Of a stretch of DNA of 64,000 nucleotides, positions 57,568-64,000 are shown in pieces (within the stretch, counting starts at the first letter, position 1; each line of letters begins with the position of its first letter). Below the pieces are notes generated by a model that saw only the letters and a list, made by a program, of their open reading frames with translations, made no database searches and was not told where the DNA came from. A program made the position numbers and the translations under genes. The DNA is taken from positions 480,001 through 544,000 of the forward strand of contig OY970208.1 in NCBI GenBank assembly GCA_963713865.1. Reading direction: 5' to 3'. Origin of the DNA: an uncultured candidate division Zixibacteria bacterium (GTDB taxonomy: Bacteria > Zixibacteria > MSB-5A5 > RBG-16-43-9).

Positions 57568-58071
57568 ATGAAAAAAAGAACCTTATTTTTTATTCTACTC
57601 TCTTTATCTTTCATTTTCTTCTCCTGTATTAAGAAAAGAGAGATAAAAGTAGAGTCTGACAAGAATATTGTAGATAAAATAATCCGTGAATATGTCTCAA
57701 CTTTAGACTTGGCTGATACGGACAGACTCCTGAGCTTATACGCCAAGAGCCCGGATATAGTCGTTATTGGAACCGGGGAGGAATTTTATACTGGCTATGA
57801 CCAGGTCGAAAAATTTTACAAGGAATTCAAGCTGACCCTTTCTAAATGGGAAAAAAGAAGTTTCAAACTGGCTGGGTTGGAGACAAAGCTCGTAGATGGG
57901 ATAGGCTGGTTTTCCTCCAGACTGGACTTGAGTTTTGAACAGAAAGTAAAAGTAAGAGAGAGAACCAGAGTAAAACTAATAGAAAAAAATATTCGTTTCA
58001 CCGGAGTTTTAATCAAAGAAGAGGGGAACTGGAAATTAGTCCAGACCCATATGTCCCTTCCCTCACTTTAA
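57568..58071 (+). CDS. NTF2/SnoaL-like lipoprotein
   Basis: Lipobox-like FFSC; RFTGVL..EEGNWKLVQTHMS. Confidence 0.75.
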   Translation: MKKRTLFFILLSLSFIFFSCIKKREIKVESDKNIVDKIIREYVSTLDLADTDRLLSLYAKSPDIVVIGTGEEFYTGYDQVEKFYKEFKLTLSKWEKRSFKLAGLETKLVDGIGWFSSRLDLSFEQKVKVRERTRVKLIEKNIRFTGVLIKEEGNWKLVQTHMSLPSL

Positions 58072-58086
58072 ACCACATAAAATCTT

Positions 58087-59022
58087 ATGCCAACCGATCT
58101 AAAATTAATCACTGGTAACTCTAATCGACCCTTAGCTGAGAAAATCAGCCAGTTCTTAGGTGTACCTTTGTCCCAGGCTGAAGTGGCAAGATTCTCAGAT
58201 GGAGAGATAAGGGTAAAGATAAATGAAAATGTCAGAGGTGCAGACCTTTTCATCATTCAATCCACAGGGGCTCCAGCCGAAAACCTTTTAGAGCTTTTAG
58301 TCCTTTTAGATGCAGCCAGGAGAGCTTCAGCCAAAAGGATAACCGCAGTTCTGCCTTATTTTGGATATGCCCGGCAGGATCGAAAAGATCAGCCCAGAGT
58401 TCCCATCACTGCTAAGTTAGTGGCTAATTTGATTGCTGAAGCTGGAGCTAATCGGGTCTTGACGATGGACCTGCATGCCGCCCAGATCCAGGGATTTTTC
58501 GATATCCCCACAGATCACCTTTTCTCCAATCCGGTTTTCTACGATTATGTTATTAAATTAAATCTTTCTGATCTGGTGGTGATCTCTGATCTCGGTAGCA
58601 TCAAAATGGTTCGTAATTTCGCCAAGAAATTGGGTTGTCCTATGGCGGTGATGGATAAAAGAAGACCTGCCCCTAATCAGGCTGAAGTCTTAAATATCAT
58701 CGGAGAGGTTAAAGATAAGAATGTTATCATCCGGGATGACATAATCGATACCGCAGGCACTTTAGTTGAATTCGCTTATGCCCTGGAGAGAAACGGTGCC
58801 AAAGATATTTACGCCTGCTGCACCCATGCGGTTTTATCTGGACAGGCTTTAGATAAGATAGAAAAGTCTCCCATAAAAAAATTAGCGATCTCCGATACTA
58901 TCTGCCAGAATAAAAGAAATTTCACCAATAAGATCGAGGTGCTCTCCGTAGCAGAGCTATTTGGTGAGGCGGTAATCCGAACTGATAAAGAGGAATCAAT
59001 AAGTTCACTATTTGAATATTAA
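58087..59022 (+). CDS. prs: Ribose-phosphate pyrophosphokinase
   Basis: FSDGE, PYFGYARQDRK, DLHA.QIQGFF and DDIIDTAGT motifs. Confidence 0.96.
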   Translation: MPTDLKLITGNSNRPLAEKISQFLGVPLSQAEVARFSDGEIRVKINENVRGADLFIIQSTGAPAENLLELLVLLDAARRASAKRITAVLPYFGYARQDRKDQPRVPITAKLVANLIAEAGANRVLTMDLHAAQIQGFFDIPTDHLFSNPVFYDYVIKLNLSDLVVISDLGSIKMVRNFAKKLGCPMAVMDKRRPAPNQAEVLNIIGEVKDKNVIIRDDIIDTAGTLVEFAYALERNGAKDIYACCTHAVLSGQALDKIEKSPIKKLAISDTICQNKRNFTNKIEVLSVAELFGEAVIRTDKEESISSLFEY

Positions 59023-59063
59023 CTGATTTTATGAACGAGAGTATGTGAAAGGAGTAAAAAAAG

Positions 59064-59849
59064 ATGAAGGAGATTTTGCTTGAGGCCGAGAGAAGGGGTA
59101 AAACTGGTAAGGAGATTGCTAAAAAGTTACGAAAAGAAGGGTTGATCCCGGCAGTGCTCTATGGACCAGGAGACGAGCCTACCCCCTTGCAAGTTGAATC
59201 CAAATCGTTAGTTTCAATCCTGCGAACAGGTAAGGGTGAAAATGTCATAATCACCCTGAAAATCGATGGTGATAAAAACGTAACAAAAAAGGTCCTAATC
59301 CGGGAGATCCAGCACGACCCTCTATTAGGAAATATTTTACACGTTGATTTTCAACATATACTTCTGACCAAGAAAATTACAGTTAAAATCCCGGTTCACC
59401 TGGTGGGAATACCTATAGGAGTACAGACAGATGGGGGAATATTACAGCATGTTTTAAGAGAGCTGGAGATCGAATGTCTGCCTTCAGATATACCGGAGAA
59501 AGTGGAGTTAGATGTTACCGCTCTCAAAATAGGCGATTCCATCCATGTGAAGGATGTAAAGTTAGAGAAGGTTGAGATATTATCTGATCCTGAAGGCTCT
59601 ATTATAACTGTGGTGCCACCCACCGTCTTCAAGGAAGAGGTAGTTCCTGCAGCTGAAGAGGTCAAAGAGCCTGAGGTTATAACTGAAAAGAAGGCTGAGG
59701 AAGGTGAAGAGGAGAAAACAGAAGAGGGCAAGGAAACCAAGGCTAAAGAAGCTGTAAAACCTGGTAAAGAGGCAAAAGCTGAGAAGTCCGAACACGGAGC
59801 CAAGGGAAAAGAAGAGAAAAAGGAAGAAAAAAAGAAGGGGGAGAAATAA
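59064..59849 (+). CDS. rplY: 50S ribosomal protein L25/Ctc
   Basis: LRKEGLIPAVLYG, HVDF and IGDSIHVKD motifs; charged C-terminal tail. Confidence 0.95.
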   Translation: MKEILLEAERRGKTGKEIAKKLRKEGLIPAVLYGPGDEPTPLQVESKSLVSILRTGKGENVIITLKIDGDKNVTKKVLIREIQHDPLLGNILHVDFQHILLTKKITVKIPVHLVGIPIGVQTDGGILQHVLRELEIECLPSDIPEKVELDVTALKIGDSIHVKDVKLEKVEILSDPEGSIITVVPPTVFKEEVVPAAEEVKEPEVITEKKAEEGEEEKTEEGKETKAKEAVKPGKEAKAEKSEHGAKGKEEKKEEKKKGEK

Positions 59850-59886
59850 AGAAGACAGCTTAGTTATTGAGTATAAATTGGTTTCT

Positions 59887-59978
59887 TGTCATTCTGAGGG
59901 AGTCCCCTACGGGGGCGACCGAATTCGCCTCAGATGGATGTCTATTCTTCCCCTGCCAAAGGCGGGGTCAGAATGACA
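59887..59978. repeat. Family B palindromic element
   Basis: TGTCATTCTGAG...TCAGAATGACA with nested hairpins. Confidence 0.75.
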
Positions 59979-59998
59979 GAGGAGATTAAGGAGCATGA

Positions 59999-60736
59999 AT
60001 GAAGGGAATTATCTTAGCTGGTGGGTTGGGAACCAGGCTATATCCTTTAACCAAGATCACTAATAAACACCTCCTTCCGGTCTATGACCGCCCTATGATT
60101 TTCCATCCTGTTCAGACCCTGATCAATGCCGGGATAAGAGATATCTTGATCGTTACTGGCGGTAATAATGCTGGAGATTTTTTGCGTCTCTTAGGAAACG
60201 GAAAAAGTTTTGGACTCAAACACATAAATTACACCTATCAGGAAAAAGAAGGTGGGATAGCAGAAGCAGTCAGCCTGGCTGAGCATTTTGCCGAAGGGGA
60301 GAAAGTTTTGATTATGTTGGGAGATAACATAATCGAGGGGAATCTCCAGAAAGCAGTGGAGGATTTTAAATCCCAGAGAAGTGGAGCTAAAATCCTTTTA
60401 AAAGAGGTCGATAATCCCAAAGAGTACGGTATCGCTCAGATCAAGAACGGCAAGATTATAAAAATAGAGGAAAAGCCAAAAAGACCTAAAAGTAACTATG
60501 CGGTTATCGGAATCTATATGTATGATAACCAGGTATTTGATATAGTTCGAACTTTAAAACCTTCAGCTCGAGGGGAATTAGAGATAACTGATGTGAACAA
60601 TGCTTATCTCGAAGAGGGGAACCTTACCTACTCTTTTCTAAAAGGTTACTGGCTGGATGCGGGGGAATCAATCGATGCTCTATTAAAAGCCAATAAAATT
60701 GTGGCTCAAAAAGGGGCGAACAAAAAGTATTTTTAG
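59999..60736 (+). CDS. rfbA: Glucose-1-phosphate thymidylyltransferase, short form
   Basis: LAGGLGTRLYP, KHLLPVYD, EEKP and SARGELEITD motifs. Confidence 0.92.
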   Translation: MKGIILAGGLGTRLYPLTKITNKHLLPVYDRPMIFHPVQTLINAGIRDILIVTGGNNAGDFLRLLGNGKSFGLKHINYTYQEKEGGIAEAVSLAEHFAEGEKVLIMLGDNIIEGNLQKAVEDFKSQRSGAKILLKEVDNPKEYGIAQIKNGKIIKIEEKPKRPKSNYAVIGIYMYDNQVFDIVRTLKPSARGELEITDVNNAYLEEGNLTYSFLKGYWLDAGESIDALLKANKIVAQKGANKKYF

Positions 60737-60745
60737 GGATTAAAG

Positions 60746-61201
60746 ATGATTCAGGGAGTGAGGCAGAAAAAACTTAAAATCATCCCGGATGAGAGGGGAA
60801 AGCTAATGGAGCTTTTAAGATCGGATGAAGAGCTTTTCATACAGTTCGGGCAGGTATATATGACCACTGCCTATCCCGGGGTGGTAAAAGGCTGGCATTT
60901 CCATAAGAAGCAGATCGACAATTTCATCGTGATAAAGGGGATGATTAAGTTAGTCTTATATGATAACCGGGATGATTCCCCTACCAAAGGGGAGATCAAT
61001 GAATTTTTCCTCGGAGAGGACAACCCGCTCTTAATTCAGATACCACCTCTGGTATTACACGGGTTCAAATGTATAAGTCCTGAAGAGGCGATCTGCATCA
61101 ACTGCCCAACTGAAGCTTATAATTATCTTCAGCCGGACGAATATCGCATCCCTCCTCATACGGATGAGGTCCCCTATAAATGGGAAAGAAAGGATGGATG
61201 A
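60746..61201 (+). CDS. rfbC: dTDP-4-dehydrorhamnose 3,5-epimerase family protein
   Basis: DERG, KGWHFH, YDxRxDSPT and HGFK motifs. Confidence 0.88.
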   Translation: MIQGVRQKKLKIIPDERGKLMELLRSDEELFIQFGQVYMTTAYPGVVKGWHFHKKQIDNFIVIKGMIKLVLYDNRDDSPTKGEINEFFLGEDNPLLIQIPPLVLHGFKCISPEEAICINCPTEAYNYLQPDEYRIPPHTDEVPYKWERKDG

Positions 61202-62238
61202 TGAAGCTTCTGGTCACCGGGGGGGCGGGCTTTATCGGTTCCAACTTCATCTATTATATTTTAAAGAATTATCCCCGATATCAAATCGTAAACTTAGATA
61301 AGCTTACCTATGCTGGTAATTTAGATAACCTTTCTGATATAGATTCTTCCCCTGATTATAAGTTTATCAAAGGTGATATCTGCGATCAGAAACTGGTGGA
61401 AGAGATTCTCTCACAAAATATTGATGTAATTATAAATTTCGCTGCAGAAAGCCATGTTGACCGGAGTTTGTATGACCCTAAAAGCTTTGTCCAATCTAAT
61501 ATTTTAGGCACTCAGGTTTTATTAGAATCAGCCTTAAAGTTCAAACTTAAAAGATTTATTCAGATCTCCACAGATGAAGTATATGGAAGCATAGAGAAAG
61601 GGAAATTTTTTACTGAAGAAAGTCAGCTTCTACCCAATAGCCCCTATTCAGCCAGCAAAGCTGGTGCAGACCTTTTAGTCCGGTCCTATTTTAAAACTTT
61701 TAAACTTCCTGCTTTGATTACCCGCTCATCTAATAATTACGGGTCTTACCAGTTCCCGGAAAAGTTGATCCCCTTGTTTATCACCAACGCCTTAGAGGAT
61801 AAAGAACTCCCGATTTACGGTGATGGACTTTATATCCGGGACTGGATTTACGTAGAAGATAATTGCCAGGGTATTGATTTAGTCCTACATAAAGGTAAAG
61901 AGGGTGAGATCTATAATCTCGGTGGGGGTGCGGAAAAAACCAACCTAGAGATAACAAATCTTATCCTTGAATATCTGAATAAACCCCAGAGTTTAATAAA
62001 ATATGTCAAAGACCGACCAGCCCACGATAGAAGGTATGCTCTAAATTCCGCTAAAAGCGAAAAAGAATTAGGGTTCAGACCGAAAGCAAAGTTGGAGCAA
62101 GGGCTTAAAAAGACTGTGGAGTGGTATCTTAAAAATAGAAGCTGGTGGGAAAAAGTAAAAAGCGGAGAATATCTTAAATACTATGAGAAACATTATCTAT
62201 CCAGAATGGAACCATTCGGAAAAAGAGAAAAGGTATGA
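61198..62238 (+). CDS. rfbB: dTDP-glucose 4,6-dehydratase
   Basis: TGGAGFIGSNF, AAESHVDRS, STDEVYG and YSASK motifs. Confidence 0.96.
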   Translation: MMKLLVTGGAGFIGSNFIYYILKNYPRYQIVNLDKLTYAGNLDNLSDIDSSPDYKFIKGDICDQKLVEEILSQNIDVIINFAAESHVDRSLYDPKSFVQSNILGTQVLLESALKFKLKRFIQISTDEVYGSIEKGKFFTEESQLLPNSPYSASKAGADLLVRSYFKTFKLPALITRSSNNYGSYQFPEKLIPLFITNALEDKELPIYGDGLYIRDWIYVEDNCQGIDLVLHKGKEGEIYNLGGGAEKTNLEITNLILEYLNKPQSLIKYVKDRPAHDRRYALNSAKSEKELGFRPKAKLEQGLKKTVEWYLKNRSWWEKVKSGEYLKYYEKHYLSRMEPFGKREKV

Positions 62239-63131
62239 GGGTTTTAATCACCGGCTCTAATGGCCTTTTAGGTCAGAAGCTGGTTAAAATTTTTTCTTCT
62301 GATCATCAGACCACAGGAATCGATCTCCAGATTGAGTCTTTCATTCCAGAAGAAAATTTTACTTATCAAAATCTTAGCATCTTTCAGACAGAAAATCTCG
62401 CAGGGTTTATTTATACTTTAAATCCAGAGGTGGTGATAAATACTGCCGCATACACGGATGTGGATGGTTGTGAGGATAACAAAGAGTCAGCCTGGGAAAC
62501 AAATGTGGAAGGAGTAAAAAATCTTGCAGATTTATGCAGGATAATGAACGCTAAATTGGTACAACTTTCCACTGATTATATCTTCGATGGAAAAAATGGA
62601 CCCTATTCAGAAGAGGATATTCCAAATCCGGTTGGTTATTACGGTCTTACCAAGTTAGAAAGCGAGAAGGAAATTTTCGAAAGTAAGATAGATTTCTTAA
62701 TCGTTCGCACCAATGTCCTTTATGGAAAAGGTGAAAATTTAAGACCAAATTTTGTCTTGTGGTTAATCCAGAAACTATCAAATAAAGAAAAAGTTAGAAT
62801 AGTCACTGACCAGTATAATAACCCCACTTTAGCAGACAACTTAGCAGATGCCATAAAAGAATCAGTGCAAAAGAATATCTCCGGGATTTTGAATATCGCT
62901 GGAAGCGAATACCTTTCCCGTTATGATTTCGCTTTGAAAGTATCAAAAAAATTTAATTTCGACAAAAATCTAATTTCTCCTGCCCTAACTTCAGAGTTAA
63001 AACAGAATGCCCCACGACCTTTTAGGGGCGGTCTCAAAATCGATAAAGCCAAAAAACTCCTTAAAACCGAGCTTCTGGACATAGAAAAAGGATTGGAATT
63101 TATGAAGCAGGGACGTGTTTTCCTGCAATAG
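62235..63131 (+). CDS. rfbD: dTDP-4-dehydrorhamnose reductase
   Basis: TGSNGLLG, AAYTDVDGCE, STDYIFDG, YGLTK and APRP motifs. Confidence 0.95.
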   Translation: MRVLITGSNGLLGQKLVKIFSSDHQTTGIDLQIESFIPEENFTYQNLSIFQTENLAGFIYTLNPEVVINTAAYTDVDGCEDNKESAWETNVEGVKNLADLCRIMNAKLVQLSTDYIFDGKNGPYSEEDIPNPVGYYGLTKLESEKEIFESKIDFLIVRTNVLYGKGENLRPNFVLWLIQKLSNKEKVRIVTDQYNNPTLADNLADAIKESVQKNISGILNIAGSEYLSRYDFALKVSKKFNFDKNLISPALTSELKQNAPRPFRGGLKIDKAKKLLKTELLDIEKGLEFMKQGRVFLQ

Positions 63132-63237
63132 GCGGATGCCGTAATAAGGTTTTCGTACCGCGGCCCTTTCAGGGTCGCCCCCTGCTTATAGTTTTGTAGG
63201 TCAAGCATGCCCTTAAGACTGCTTGATATAATAGCTT

Positions 63238-63918
63238 ATGAAGAATAAATTTACTGAAATTACTAAAAAAATGAACATATCTAAGATTCTAAAAGAGAAC
63301 AAACGATTCTGGGAGAAATGCTTTGCAGATTTAGATTTCAAATCTACCCCCAGCGAAAATGTGTTAGAGGTTATTGAACGGTTGAAAAAATACAATGTCA
63401 ATAAAGTATTGGATTTGGGTTGTGGTTTCGGCAGGTGGAGCGTGGCACTCGCTCAGGCTGGCTTTCAAGTTAAAGCAGTTGATATCTCCTCAGAAGCGAT
63501 AAAAAAAGTTCAAAAATGGGCAGAAGAAGAAGGCCTTTCCATTAAGACTCAGGTATGCTCTGCCCAGGAACTTGTCTCTGAGAATGAAAGTTTAGATGCA
63601 ATTATCTGCAATTCAGTCTTAGACCATATGCCTCTGGCTGAAGCTTACAAGAGTATGCTAAATATTAAAAATGTCTTAAAGCCAGGTGGCATCGCTTATA
63701 TCTCTTTCGATGGATTAGAGGAGGATCCAAAAGAGTTTGTGCTACTTAATGATGGAACCAGAAGATATATATCCGGGAAGCGCAAAGGAATGCTGTGGAG
63801 GTTTTATAACGACGAAGAAATCAAAGACTTATGTGAAAAAATGGAGATATTAGAGTTTAGAGTAAAAAGGAATGGGAAAAGAGAGATCTGGGTACGCAAA
63901 AAGCAAAATGCAGAATAA
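63238..63918 (+). CDS. Class I SAM-dependent methyltransferase
   Basis: VLDLGCGFGR, AVDIS and LKPGG motifs. Confidence 0.88.
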   Translation: MKNKFTEITKKMNISKILKENKRFWEKCFADLDFKSTPSENVLEVIERLKKYNVNKVLDLGCGFGRWSVALAQAGFQVKAVDISSEAIKKVQKWAEEEGLSIKTQVCSAQELVSENESLDAIICNSVLDHMPLAEAYKSMLNIKNVLKPGGIAYISFDGLEEDPKEFVLLNDGTRRYISGKRKGMLWRFYNDEEIKDLCEKMEILEFRVKRNGKREIWVRKKQNAE

Positions 63919-64000
63919 TCTAGTGGGTCAAGCCAGAGTGGAAAGCTACGGATTTCTAAAATAAAAAAGTCCGCTTTCTTCGCGGACTTTTTCATAAAAC

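Noticed and set aside
59690-59849. Purine-rich low-complexity tract
   Set aside because: It encodes the usual Glu/Lys-rich tail of L25/Ctc.

Overview
AT-rich bacterial chromosomal window from a diderm organism (LPS heptose/O-antigen genes, Skp, TonB receptor). The C-terminal 'GDxNxDGxxxVSDVIYLINYLFKGG' dockerin-like domain suggests an FCB-group lineage such as Zixibacteria, but this is inference. Most of it is housekeeping: pfk-gap-pgk-tpi-secG-tRNA-Leu, alaS-recX-recA-thpR-cinA-pgpA-pgsA, dprA, nikR, radC, lon, ychF, ispE-spoVG-tRNA-Gln-prs-rplY and rfbACBD. Points of interest: (1) an integrase-less integron-type cassette array at about 43.5-46.9 kb with two clear attC hairpins, carrying a cytoplasmic trypsin-like protease, an MTase plus PD-(D/E)xK nuclease pair and an unannotated 56-aa Cys-rich protein; (2) a REP-associated tyrosine transposase with a dense, multi-family, nested set of palindromic repeats, some of which supply gene stop codons or flank a dockerin/FG-GAP gene as 111-bp direct repeats; (3) a c-di-AMP (ydaO) riboswitch over an APC permease-USP-2xTrkA operon; (4) a candidate MRLR leader-peptide attenuator over an ABC exporter; (5) a group II GGGP synthase; (6) an inverted, all-synonymous 69-bp copy of a gene 3' end. 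Six conserved genes carry single-base frameshifts, most likely sequencing errors. All calls are from motif recognition by eye; no database searches were run.
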